Assembly (NCBI GenBank): GCA_012295275.1
Contig: CM022679.1
Span: 30,504,001 to 30,568,000, forward strand
Length of the DNA: 64,000 bases
Source: Chrysomallon squamiferum
Taxonomy: Eukaryota; Animalia; Mollusca
Reading direction: 5' to 3'
Shown here: positions 12,954 to 26,252 of the stretch, in pieces
Position numbering within the stretch: the first letter of the stretch is position 1
How the letters are laid out: every line of letters starts with the position of its first letter
Program-made: the position numbers and the translations under genes
Notes under the pieces: generated by a model
What the model saw: only the letters and a program-made list of their open reading frames with translations
Told to the model about the DNA's origin: nothing
Databases searched by the model: none

Positions 12954-14354
12954 GTAACGCAACAACAGCGTTTCTCTGTTACATACGTTAATAAAGGAGC
13001 TGTAACACTGAAGTATTCGTTGTGTTTTTGTTTTTTTGTTGAGAGTTCTTTAATTAACTCAGTTCTTAGATTTAAGACCATGTTGACAAACGCAGAATGT
13101 GTTTTTCATAGTTCGTATATTAATTTCTTGTTCCATCAAAAAAAAAAAAAAAAAATCACGAAGACAACTACAAAATTGTAATTGTAGAAGAAGATCAGAA
13201 GAAAAAGACGAAGAAGATAAAAAAAGAAGCAGTTATGATCGTACTGTGTGAAGAACAATTAGTACGGTAATAGTACTAGAAGAAGAAGAAGAAAAAGTAG
13301 TAGCTATAATAGTAGTAGTTGTAGTATAGTAGTAGAAGTATTATAGTAATAGTAATAGTAGTAGTAGTAGTAGCAGTAGTAGTAGTATAGTAGTATAGTA
13401 GTAAAAGTAGTTATAAAAATAAGTATTAGTGGTAGTATAATATATAAAGTATTTATGGAAAAAGTTGTGATATGATATTATTATTCACGGAAATATATAT
13501 TCATAATTGTAGGTAAATGTTGCAGAGAGAAATTTTATTATTTCTATTTTATCTCCGTGACAAAATTGGATATGTAATGATGTATGAAGAAACAGCTGGC
13601 TATTAATCATTACTTTATTGTGAGCAAATAACAACACAGCAGTCTAAAGAAACAGGTTTTCTCATTATTAATATGGTAATTAGTATCAGCATTAACATTA
13701 ATACTAGTATTATTATTATTATTGTTATTATTAGTAGTTGTTGTTGTGCTGGTAGTAATATAATTAGTAGTAGTAGTAGCAATAATAGTAATACATGTAG
13801 TAACAATAGCAGCAGTAGCAATAACAGTAACATATGTAATAATAGTAGTAGTAGTAGTAGTAGCAATAATAGTACTATATGTGGTAATAGTAGTTGCAAT
13901 AGCAGTAATAGTAACAAATATAAAAATAGAAGTTAGTAGTAATAATATATGTAGTAATAATAGTAGTATATGTAATAATAATAGTAGCAGTAGCAATAAT
14001 ACTTATAGGTGTAACAATAATAGCAATAGCAATAATAGTAATATATGTAATAACAGTAGTGGTAGCAGCAAATGTTTTGTTATTACCATCATCGTTATCA
14101 TTTATTAATATTGTCCCTGAATTAATAAAAACCTTTATTATTATTTTTTTTTTTTTTTTAAAGACAACAACAACAATAAAGAAAAAAAAAAAAAAAAAAA
14201 AGAAAACAAAACCCTCCATATGTTGTTCGATACATTTTAATTACTTTTATTCTAATTTAAACTGGACAAGATGGATTTTTTCTGCATAACTGCTTCCAAT
14301 AATTAAATATTATTCGAAATGCGACGCAGTTGGCAGTAAATTATTAGTCTACTC

Positions 14355-14431
14355 TATATAAGTAACAAAACGGTCGATAACATAACAGACTGGAAGAGAA
14401 GTTTTGAAAGAAGAACTGATTCTGTTTAACG
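14355..14431 (+). promoter_or_regulatory. TATA box and non-coding exon 1 of the MANC-type peptide genes (repeated at 24013, 32491, 38811, 46906, 50290)
   Basis: TATATAAG, then about 30 nt, then agactggaagag…tttaacg|gtaaca donor. The block is strongly conserved in all six units while the flanking simple repeats vary. Confidence 0.7.
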
Positions 14432-15048
14432 GTAACAACAAAGTTTCTTACTCTTTTTCTACTTATGATGATGATGATGATGATGTGATGTCGATGATGA
14501 TTATTAATATTATTATTATTGTTGTTGTTGTTGCTGTTGTTATTGTTATTGTTATTGTTGATATTGCTGATGATGTTGTTATTATTCGTTGTAATAATTG
14601 TAATCGTAGTAGTAGTAGTAGTAGTAGTAGTAGTTGTAGTATTTACCAAATCACGGTCCTTCTAAAGCGAGCTGTCGAATGTGTGTCATCATCATAAAGT
14701 TTGGACTTTATTTATTTATTTATTTATTAACATTCTACTTTAGAACATTAGTATTTCTTCGTATTATTTCTTTTTTATATGTATTTAATTATTCACTTTC
14801 AGATCACAAGTAATACATAAGAATGCCACTAATGTGGACCTGTATTATTTTTTTACACTTATTATTTTGTTTGTTCATTTATTTGTCTGTGAATTAATAT
14901 TTATTACCCTCATTTAACATTCTATCATTACTTTGATTCCTGAATGTTTATTCGATTCCACATAATATTATGGTCAGTAATTCAATAATACTTTACGCAG
15001 TTTGTTTTGAATTTCTGTTGCTAAGAAATGTTAGATTATTTTAAGGGG

Positions 15049-15079
<31 letters not shown>

Positions 15080-15216
15080 CAAATACAAAAATAACAATGA
15101 ACTGGATGTACAAGTGGAAGATTTTGAAGAGTTTTATTACGAAACGCAAAAGTCAATGTCACCAACTGTGATAGATTTAATTAAATACAATGGAGTTTAC
15201 TGTTTTATTTCAGACA

Positions 15217-16060
15217 ATGGCAAATTGTATACAATTGCTGCTGCTGTTCTCGCTGTTGTTTGTGACTCTGACAATTGTTGAGTCAATGTATCCCCAGTGT
15301 TACGATAACTGCATGTAAGTTATGGATGAATTTACATATATATTTGTTTTGTGTTGTTTATTTATTTATTTAATTATATATATATATATGTATATATATA
15401 TTTATATATTTGTTTGTTTGTTTCTAATTGTTTGTTTGTTTCTTTATATTTCTTTATTTTTTCTTTTGTTTATTTGTTTCTTTTTTTTGTTTCTTTATTT
15501 ATTTATCTTTTTATTTATTTATTTATTTGAATATTTTTGTATTACTTCTTCGTGGTAACATGTTTTTTTTTGTTTTCTTATTTTAGGGAAAGAAAAAGAA
15601 ATTCATTACAGTAAGTATGTTTTAAAAATAACTTTTATTTTTTTTTGCGTAATAATTAAAGCTCATGAATAGTTTCATAATAAATATTCAATTTACAGTT
15701 TACAGTGTTAAAAAAATAATAAAGTAAAACAATTTATTATATCTGAATTTAATTTATTTTATTCCTGGAATTTTATTTTTATTTCAACAGTCTTGGGCCT
15801 AAAGACGATTGGTTAGTACAATTGACTTTATATTCACTTTATACTCTGCAATAACCATCATTATTATGTATTAAATATTTATATATTGTTTTTGAAAAGT
15901 CCTATCATTTATTTATTTATTTCGCTAATTTATTAGTTAAATTTGTCATTATTTTATGTTTTTAGTGTTAATTTTAATACTTTAAATGAAATTAACAAAT
16001 TAAAATGTGTTTTAATGTCCAAGATACATTCTCTTCATTAGTTTATTTATCATAGAAGAA

Positions 16061-16124
<64 letters not shown>

Positions 16125-16661
16125 TAACACTAACAATAATAAATATAATTATTTCGCTATCAAGGCCGTCCAAGGAATTGAAACAAGAGTAAGTATAATT
16201 TAAAATAATAAATAGGTAAACAACAACAACAAAAACACCTTTATTTTTACTAACATTTTCTACTAATGTTTAATAATTCAAAACAAATATTAAAACAACG
16301 ACAACAACAACAAAACAACAAGAAAAAACAAAAACAAAAAGAAATAAAAAACAACAACGTTTTAGACACAGAACTAAATATACTTGTTATAATTATCTGG
16401 AATCTGATAAATTTATTACTGCGTTGATTGCTACATACAGCTTTATGTGATTATTTACTGCTACGGAAAGCGTTAAAATGAGATCGAAAAAAATAAGAAA
16501 AAAAAATCAAAAAGAAGAAAAACAAAAGAAACAATAAATATAAATAAATTAATAAATAAGTAAAGGTATTAATAAATAATTAAATTCTTTTTTTTATTAT
16601 TACAGATCTTCAGACAAATGCATTCAGGAATGTTTTCCATTGTGAGTTATTTATTATTTAA

Positions 16662-16712
<51 letters not shown>

Positions 16713-17216
16713 ACCAACCAAACAACCAACCAACCAACCAACCAACCAATCAGTCAATGAATGAATGAATGAATCAATCAGTCATAATCCTTAACAATAG
16801 AAGGAAATGTGTGCATAGGCAAAAGTTTCAAACACAGACAAAAATAAAATTTTCCGCGACTTATTTCTCTATGTCATGTAATTAACAAACTATTTAAGTG
16901 ATAAACGTGCATGTATAAAAATTCTTAATATTGTTGTTATCCGAATCCCCCGCAAGAATATGTTAAAAAAAACCTGACAGCTTTCTTTAAAGACAGAAAG
17001 AGCAAGAAGCTGCCAGTTTAAAAATCACCAGTTGATCTGTAAACCGTAATTCGCTCATTCTTCATGGAATATTAGTAATTCCAAAGTATTAAGTCGTTTT
17101 GAAAAGCCACACACACACACACACACACAAACTCACACACAACATTTTCATCTTCATACCAATTGCATTTTTTTTATAATCTTTGTATTTTTTATTTTTT
17201 GTTTTCCAGAACGTAA
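15217..17216 (+). CDS. Micro-exon secreted peptide P1, 69 aa: MANCIQLLLLFSLLFVTLTIVES-MYPQCYDNCMERKRNSLHLGPKDDWPSKELKQESSDKCIQECFPLT
   Basis: Coding exons 15217-15314, 15587-15610 (24), 15791-15811 (21), 16165-16188 (24), 16606-16641 (36) and 17210-17216. Canonical AG/GT, all phase 2. ATTAAA at 17281 followed by a GT-rich element. Confidence 0.9.
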
Positions 17217-18730
17217 ACTGCACATAACTGGTTTACGTGCCGAAAGGGTCGATGACTGTTATTTCCAAACCTGAGTGATTATTAAAGAATGTAACTGAAT
17301 GTTTTGGTTTCTTGTTTTTTCTCTTAGATCATTTATTCATTCTTTCGATCGTTCGTTATTTCGTTCGTTGATTTGTTAGTTCGTTCGTTTATTGTTATTC
17401 ATTCATTCTTTCGTGTGCTCGATCGTTCATTCGTTCCTTATATCGTTCATTGACTACTTTATGTTGACGACTTTATTTATTTATTTTGACTTATCATTTT
17501 TGTATATCTGTTATCTGAGCCGCATTGTCACAGAAATCTAATAACCTTAGACGAATATCCTGTTTCATATCTTCATAACAAACTGATCATCTATTTAATA
17601 TCAGCAACATATTTTTAGAATCTAATATATCTGTCAGTTTTCTTCTAGAGAATATTACTTAATAAGCCACTTCATAATAAATCGATTACTGATATTAAAA
17701 CATACAAATATTTTCCAATTCTTTTTTTCGATTTCTGCAACAATAAAATTATTTTTGCTCCTTTTTAACAATTTAACTGACATTAATTCAGATGGTAACA
17801 CATGTTTCATCTATATCTGCAATAAAGACACTGCTAAAGAAAAGATATATTTGAAAATAAATAACTACTGTTGATAGTACGGACACATTAATCGAAAACA
17901 TACGAACCTTGGCTATTTGATGAAAAGCAGCTGCCAACATTATCAAAGGACATCTCTTATTAAACAAATACATGTATAATATGGGCGTTTTCTTTATTTC
18001 GTATGGTCCAAACCAGTCGATTTGCAGATGGGGGAGCAATTACACAAACACACTTGGAGAACATCCTGCAAGGATAAAATAAACGAAGAACATTCAAGTA
18101 TATACAAATAGAATGTATGGAGGTGGTAAAAATACATACTTAAAATCAGACACATACGTTGAAGTAAAATAACTATTGCAGGTAAAGGAGGACATGTATG
18201 TTTATGAGTTGAAGGGAACTGATAAAAAGAAGTACGTTCAGAGTAAGACTGTAGTTATGTTGTTAATTTTGAGATATTTTAAGTCCAAATGTAAAAGGAA
18301 ACAGGTTAAATGCCTTTACAATTTGAAAACAAGTTTTTTTTTTCCACATAACAATAACGTGTTATCTACTGCTGGTCAAAACAAACGATTTGTTAACCAA
18401 GGGATACAACTGTTGTTTAGGGCTACAAAGGATCTTGCAACTGCCCTGGTTACTTTTTGACTGACTTTATCAAGATTAGTTGAACTCGATTGTGGAAAAC
18501 AGTCGAAGTACCATTGCTAAAGAATATTACATTGGAAATTATAATTATATATTTAAATCAATCACGACTGTATTTCCTTCAGTAAGTGGAAACCTTAATA
18601 AATTCAGTGAAAAGGGGAAAAACTCCTGTAATAGTAATAGTGTTGATATCTGTCCATGTTTCAAATGGCTTGTTTGGGAGTAAATAACATTTCCTAGTCT
18701 GAAATTCAAATCGTGGTGCTAGATAGATCA

Positions 18731-18766
<36 letters not shown>

Positions 18767-20329
18767 TAATATGACACTTTTCCTGTAGACGAACAATAAT
18801 TCTGTTGAATTTATTTTTATTGGTTGGCCAAATGGCTTCGTCCAATTTTACAACATTCCCAAATACTTTTCTGTAAGTTTTAACGATCTTGGGATCAGTT
18901 TTTGAAAAATGGCGAATCAGCTGAGATTAGGTTACTCAGCCTTTTCAGGTGTTTTAACTATTAAATATTCCATCTATTTAGTCTTTGAAAGGGGAGAAAT
19001 AATTGTTGATTTATGTAAATATAATACTGGAAACAGTATTTTTGGTTTTGGTAGCAACATTGTATTGTTATTATTATTATTATTATTAGTAGTAGTAGTA
19101 GCACTAATATTATCAGTAATAGTAGTAGAAATAGCAACAGTAGTAATAATGATAACAGTTTTAAAACTAGTAATAGCTGTAGTAGTAATCAGGATACAGT
19201 TATAAAACTAGTAATAACAGTAAAAAAAAATGATAACAGTTTTAAAACTAGTAATATCAATAGTAAAAATGATAGTGTTTTAAAACTAGTAACAGTAGAA
19301 GTAGTAATAATGATAACAGTTTTAAAACTAATAATAGTAGTAGTAGTAAAAAGATACTGTTTTAAAACTAGTAACAGTAGTAGTAGTAATAATGTAGTAG
19401 TAAAAAGATACAGTTTTAAAACTAGTAATAGCAGTACTAGACAGTAAAGTAGTTGCAGAAGTAGAACTAGTAATACCTGTGAGAGTAGCAATATTAATAA
19501 AATAAGTTCTAGTACTGACAGAAGTGGTAGTAGTAATAGTAGCAGATGTAGAAGTACTGTTAGCAGTAGTAGCATTGCTAGGCATATTAATTGTATTAGC
19601 AACTATCATGTTAGTAGCAACAGTAGTGATTATACTACTATTAGTAGTAGTTGTAGTACTAGTACTAACAGTAGCAGCTGTGAAAGCGCGAATGGTAAGG
19701 AATAAAGGTATTAAAAGGAAGCATAGTTGTTGAAATTTTTGAATAATTATTAAGAAGCAGTAATTGTTATAATATAACCGAAATATGCATTCATAATTGC
19801 AGTTAAATGTTGCAGAAATTTTATTATTTCTGTTTTAATTCCGTGACAAAACTGGATATTTACTGATGTACAAGGAAACAGCTGGTTATTAATTACTAGT
19901 TTATTGTGAGCAAATAACAACACAGCAGGCTGAAGAAACACGTTTTCTCATGATTAATATGGTAATTAGTATCAGCATTAACATTAGTAGTAGTAGAGTA
20001 TTATTATTATTATTATTATTAGTTGTTGTTGTTGTGCTGGTAGTAATATAATTATTATTATTAGTAGTTGTAGTAGAAGTAGTAGTAGTTGAAGTAGTAG
20101 TAGTAGTAATAGACGTAAAAGTTACAGGAGCAATAGCAGTACTAGTACCTCTAACTTTAGTGATGGTAGTAATATAATTATTAGTAGTAATAGTACTATT
20201 ACTAAAAATAGTGGAAATAGTAGTACTAGTATAACAGCAAAAGAAATAGTAGTAGTAATAGTAGAATACTAATAATAGTAGGCAATAGAAGTGACAGTAG
20301 TAGCATAAGTAATAACAATTTTAATTGTA

Positions 20330-20627
20330 AAGTGGTACCTCGAGTTACGAGCGCCCCAACTTACAACTTTTCCGAGTTACGAGCGCTCGCACCTTCGATT
20401 TCGCTTTGAGTTGCGAGCCAAGCTCCGATTTACGAGCGAGCTTCAGATTTGCCACTGCTAGTTGGAAAAACGAACAACCCAACATCCGTCCAACATCCCG
20501 CGTCTCATTCGTTTACTTCTCGTGGTTACCTCGTCGTGGAAACATCTCTGTTGTGTTGTGCTGGCGTTTTCTGCAGTATTTTGCCAAATTTCCATTGATT
20601 CTAAGAGTGAGTAGAAAGGACGGTGCT
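20330..20627 (+). mobile_element. 5' fragment of Tigger/pogo-like DNA transposon
   Basis: Same left end as the 22429 copy. Truncated at …ggacggtgct, where the sequence switches to the block seen at about 29420. Confidence 0.75.
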
Positions 20628-20804
20628 CTAAGGCTCATGGGAACGCGGCAAAAATTGCGAATCAATTGAGATTCAGTTACTCAATCTTTTCTGGTGTTTT
20701 AAATATTCAATATTCCATTTATTTATTCTTTGCTTTGAAAGGGAGAAACAGTATTTTTGGTTTTGGTAGCAACATTGTATTATTATTATTATTATTACTA
20801 GTAG

Positions 20805-21010
20805 TAGTAGTAGTAATAATGATAACAGTTTTAAAACTAGTAATAGCAGTAGTAGTAATAATGATAACAGTTCTAAAACTAGTAACAGCAGTAGTAGTAA
20901 TAATGATAACAGTTTTAAAACTAGTAATAGCAGTAGTAGTAATAATGATAACAGTTTTAAAACTAGTAATAGCAGTAGTAGTAATAATGACAACAATTTT
21001 AAAAGTAGTA
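20805..21010. repeat. 42-bp minisatellite (gtagtagtaataatgataacagttttaaaactagtaatagca), about 4.5 copies; degenerate version at about 19130-19430
   Basis: Direct inspection. It explains the VVVIMITVLKLVIA repeat ORF. Confidence 0.8.
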
Positions 21011-22428
21011 ATAACAGTACTAGACAGTAAAGTAGCTGCAGAAGTAGAACTAGTAATACCTGTGAGAGTAGCAATATTAATAAAATAAGTTCTAGTACTG
21101 ACAGAAGTGGTAGTAGTAATAGTAGCAGATGTAGAAGTACTATTAGTAGTAGTAGTAATAGCATTGCTAGACATATTAATTGTATTGTAGTATTAGCAAC
21201 TATCGCATTAGTAGCAGCAGTAGTTTTATACTACTATTAGTAGAATAGTACTAGTTAAAGTTGTAGTAGAAGTAGCAGTACTAGAAGAAGTAGTAAGAGT
21301 AGTATAACAGTACACGTTACAGAAGCAGAAATACTAGAATAAGTACTCATAGTGATATAGCAGTAGTTACACCAAAAGAAGAAGAATTATCATTAGTATT
21401 ATTATTAGCAGTAGTTGTAGGACTAGAAAAAGAAAAATGTCTTGTAGTAGTAGTAATAGTAATACTATAATATACAATAGTAGTACTAATGGTAGTAATA
21501 GTGGAAGAAAAAAAGTTGTAGTAGTAGGAAAAAGAGGAAGAAGAAATGATAATAGTAGTAGTGGTAGTTGTGCACAAGAAGACGAAGAAGTAGTAGTTCT
21601 GTAAGAAAAAAGTAATCATAACAGCAGTAGTTGTAGAAGAATATAATAAGAAAAAGACGAAGAAGATAAAGAGGAAGTAGTTACAAGTAGTACTGGTAAT
21701 AGTACTAGAAGTAGAAGAAGAAAAAGTAGTAGCTGTAATAGTAGTAGTAGTAATGTTATTAGTACTATAAGAAGAAGGAGTTATAGTCATAGTATTAGTA
21801 GTAGCAGGAGTAGTAGTGTATTATTTCTAGTAGTTATGGAAGAAGTTGTTAAAATATGGTATTATTATTCACCGAAAGATACATTCATAATTGTAGTTAA
21901 ATGTCGCAGAAATTTTATTGTTTCTGTTTTAATTCCGTAACAGAATTGGATATTTACTGATGTACAAGGAAACAGCTGGTTATTAATTATTAGTTTATTG
22001 TGAGCAAATAACAACACAGCAGTCTGAAGAAACACGTTTTGTCATTATTAATATGGTAATTAGTATCAGCATTAACATTAGTAGTAGTAGAGTATTATTA
22101 TTATTGTTATTAGTTGTTGTTGTTGTGCTGGTAGTAATATAATTATTATTAGTAGTAGTGTAGTAGATGTAGTAGTAGTTGAAGTAGTAGTAGTAGTAAT
22201 AGACGTAGTAGTTACAGAAGCAATAGCAGTACTAGTACCACTAACAGTAGTAGTTTTAGTGATGGTAGTAATATAATTATTAGTAGTAATAGTACTATTA
22301 CTAAAAATACTGTAAATAGTAGCAATATTATAATAGCATAAGAAATAGTAGTAGTAATAGTAGAATAGTAATATTAGTAGCAATAGAAGTGATAGTAGTG
22401 GAAAAAAATAATTAAAAATGTAATTGTA

Positions 22429-23187
22429 AAGTGGTACCTCGAGTTACGAGCGACCCAACTTACGAATTTTCCGAGTTACGAGCGCTCGCACCGTCGAATT
22501 TTCGCTTTGAGTTGCGAGCCAAACTCCGATTTACGGAGACCTTCAGATTTTCCGCTGCTAGTTGGCTCATCGAACAACACAACATCCGCCCAGCATCCCA
22601 CGTCTCACTCGTTTGCTTCACGTGGTTATCTCGCCGTGGAAACATCTCTATTGTGTTGTGCTGGCGTTTTCTGCAGCATTTTGCCAAATTTCCATTGATT
22701 CTAAGAGTGAGAACAAAGGACAGTGCTGAGAAGAAGAAGCGGATGATGTTCATTGAATTATAGCATGAAATTATAGAAAACCAAGAGTGAGGTGTGCGTA
22801 TAGTCAACATGGCTAGGCAATACGAGCATAGTACGTTACGATATGTACCATATTGAAACAGAAGGAGTCGATAAATGCTATAACTCCTGCCAAAGGCGTT
22901 AAAATGATTTCTAAGCTGCGGACCGTTGTCCATGAAAAGATGAAAAAACACTAACACTTTACAAAACCAATTTATTTCTTTACATTCTCTTTTATTTATT
23001 TTTTAACAATATTTGTCATCTATACATATATCTTTCTTATTTAAAAACACGTTACAAAAAATTAAAAGAAGAAAGATTAATGGTATTTCAATTAATTTCA
23101 TTTGGGAAAATTGATTTGATATACGAACAAATTTCAGTTACGAGCTGCGACACGGAACGATTGAACTCATAAGTCAAGGTATCACTG
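22429..23187 (+). mobile_element. Non-autonomous Tigger/pogo-like (Tc1/mariner superfamily) DNA transposon
   Basis: TA flanks. Imperfect TIRs (A)AGTGGTACCTCGAGTTACGAG … CTCATAAGTCAAGGTATCACTG. Internal decayed transposase N-terminus EKKKRMMFIEL*HEIIENQE*GVRIVNMARQYE resembles a CENP-B-type HTH. Confidence 0.85.
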
Positions 23188-23288
23188 TATTAGTAAAAAA
23201 CTGCAGAACCATTTGTAATAACAGTCGTAATAATTGTTCCAGTAGTAAGTATTAGGAATAGTAATAGTAGTAACAATCATAGTAATAC

Positions 23289-23349
<61 letters not shown>

Positions 23350-23828
23350 TAATAATAATAATAATGATAATAATAATAGTAGTAGTAGTGGGAATAAGAG
23401 TAATATTTGTAATAATAATAGTAGTAGTAGCAGTAGCAACAAAAGTAATATGTATGTAATAGTAGCGGCAGTAGTAATAATAGTAGTAGTAGTAGCAATA
23501 ATAGTAAAATGTAATAATAACAGTAGTAGTAGCAATAGCAATAATAGTAACATATGTAATAATATGTAGTGATAAAAGTAGTAGCAGTTGTAGCAGTAGC
23601 AATAACAGTTATATATATAATAATAATAGTGTAGTAGTAGTAGCAGCAATAAAAATATATGAAATAATAGTTGTAGTAATAGCAGTACTAGTAGCAATAG
23701 CAACAATGGTAATATATGTCATAATAGTAGGGGTAGGAGCAAATGTTTTGTTATTACCATCATGGTTATCATTTATTAATACCGAATTAATAAACCCCCC
23801 TTTTTTTTTGAAGCAACACCAACAATAG

Positions 23829-23861
<33 letters not shown>

Positions 23862-24147
23862 AATCATAGCCTTCCATATGTTGTTCAATACATTTTAATT
23901 ACTTTTACACTAATTTAAACTGGATAAGAAGGATTTTTTCTGCATATCTGCTTCCAATAATTAAATATTATTCAAATTACGACACTAATGACAATAAATT
24001 ATTAGTCTACTCTATATAAGAAACAAAACAGACGATACTTACTGCGATAAAAATAACAGACTGGAAGAGAAGTTTTGAAAGAAGAACTGATTCTATTTAA
24101 CGGTAACAACAAAGTTTCCTATTCTTCTTTTTCTTCTTCTTCTTCTT

Positions 24148-24178
<31 letters not shown>

Positions 24179-24797
24179 TGATAAATGATTATTATTATTA
24201 CTGTTGTTATTACTGTTGTTGTTGTTATTGTTGTTGTTGGTCCGCCTGAAGCGTCCTGACGAATGTGAGCCATATGTTCGAGTCTCATCAGCGGCATCTG
24301 AAGTTTGGACTTTATTTATATATTTATATTTATTTATTTATTTATTGATTGATTGATTTATTAACATTCTATTTTAGAACATTAGTATTTGTCAGTATTA
24401 TTATTTTATTCTCTTTCAGCTCACAAGTAATACATAGCAATGCCACCGATGTGGCACCTGTATTTCTCGTTATAAACACCTCGTTATTATTTTGTTTGTT
24501 AATTAATATTTCTGTGATTTACTATTTACTACCCTCATTAAACATTCTAACATATCTTTGATTCCTGAATGTTTATTCGATTCCACATAATATTATGGTC
24601 AGTAATCCAGTAATACTTTATGCAGTTTGTTTTGAATTTCTGTTGTTGAGAAATGTTAAATTATTTTAGGTTGACTTTTTTTTTTTTTTTTTAAATAAAA
24701 AATTAACAATTAATTGAATGTGCAACTGGAAGATTTTGAAGGGTTTTATTACAAAACGCAATATATATGCAAATAAAAACTACTACTATCAAAACAA

Positions 24798-24833
<36 letters not shown>

Positions 24834-25415
24834 AGAAAGAAATAGAATAGCCCTTATAGAGTTTTGAAACGAAAATATATTTGTATTGTCAATCACTGTG
24901 ATTTATAACACACTTTACCAAAAGGTGGAAATAAAATGGCTACCAACGGCTGATATTTTAGAACCGAGAACTCAAAGTTTTCTTATTTTTGAAAAAAAAA
25001 AAGAAATCGGGCTTTTATCGCGTTTTATGATGAATCTTAGAATCTATTCTGCACTACACGTCTAATTTACGTTTATGTCTTAGACACTGACAAGTACTAC
25101 GTACAACAGCTAGTTTTTCAAAGCCTTTATTTCTAGTCATTCTCTTCAGTTAGATGTCACCTGGCTCTAACCTATTGGAGACTACACTTATTATAAAACC
25201 AGTTTCAACAAAGATAAATCTGTATAATAAATGAACTGAAATATACTGTGACGTATGGAATTATGTAAAATTATGTATGTTATATATATTTCAGACAATG
25301 ACAAATTGTAAAAAAACTGATGTTTTTCATAGTCAGTGTCACTAACTGTGACAGATATAATTAATTACAATGGAGTATACTGTTTATATTTCAGACAATT
25401 TTTATATTTCAGACA

Positions 25416-26185
25416 ATGGCAAATTGTATACAATTGCTGCTGCTGTTCTCGCTGTTGTTTGGGACTCTGACAGTTGTTGAGTCGTACAAAAAGTGTTACG
25501 ATAAGTGCATGTAAGTTATGGATGAATTTATATATATAAATATTTGTTTCTTTTGTGTTGTTTATTTATTTATTTAATCATTTATTGGTTTGTTTCTTTG
25601 CTGCTCTCATTCTTTCTTTCTTTCTTTATATTTCTTTTATTTTTTTTATTTTTTTATTTTTTGGTTTCTTTATTTATTTGAATATTGTATAACTTCTTCA
25701 TAGTAACACAATTTTTTGTTTTCTTATTTAGGGTAGACAAAATGGAATCATTAGGGTAAGTATATTTCAAAAATAACGTTTATTTATTTTTATTTTTTTT
25801 TTTGTGTAATAATTAAAGCTCATAAATATTTTTCATAATAAATATTCAGTAATAAAGTTTACAGTATTAAACAAAAATAAAGGAAAACAATTTATCATAT
25901 TTGAGTTTAATCTATTTTATTCTTGGATTTATATTTTTATTTCAACAGAGGTGGGCCTAATACTGGCTGGTTAGTACAACTGACTTTATTTTCACTTTAT
26001 ATTCTGCAATAACCATTAAATATTTATATATTGTTTTCATTTGTTTATTTATTTGGCTAATTTATTAGTTAGATTTATCATTATTTTTATGTTCATTTTA
26101 ATACTTTAAATGAAATTAACAAATTAAAATGTGTTCTAATGTCCATGATACATTCTCTTCATTAGTTTATTTATCGTAGAAGAAA

Positions 26186-26252
<67 letters not shown>

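Noticed and set aside
22431-22957. 110-165 aa ORFs as an active transposase
   Set aside because: Only a decayed N-terminal HTH remnant with stops; no DDE domain.
19189-23706. Many poly-L/T/V/Y/S ORFs here and throughout the window
   Set aside because: Degenerate TAG/TAA trinucleotide tracts; no splice or homology support.
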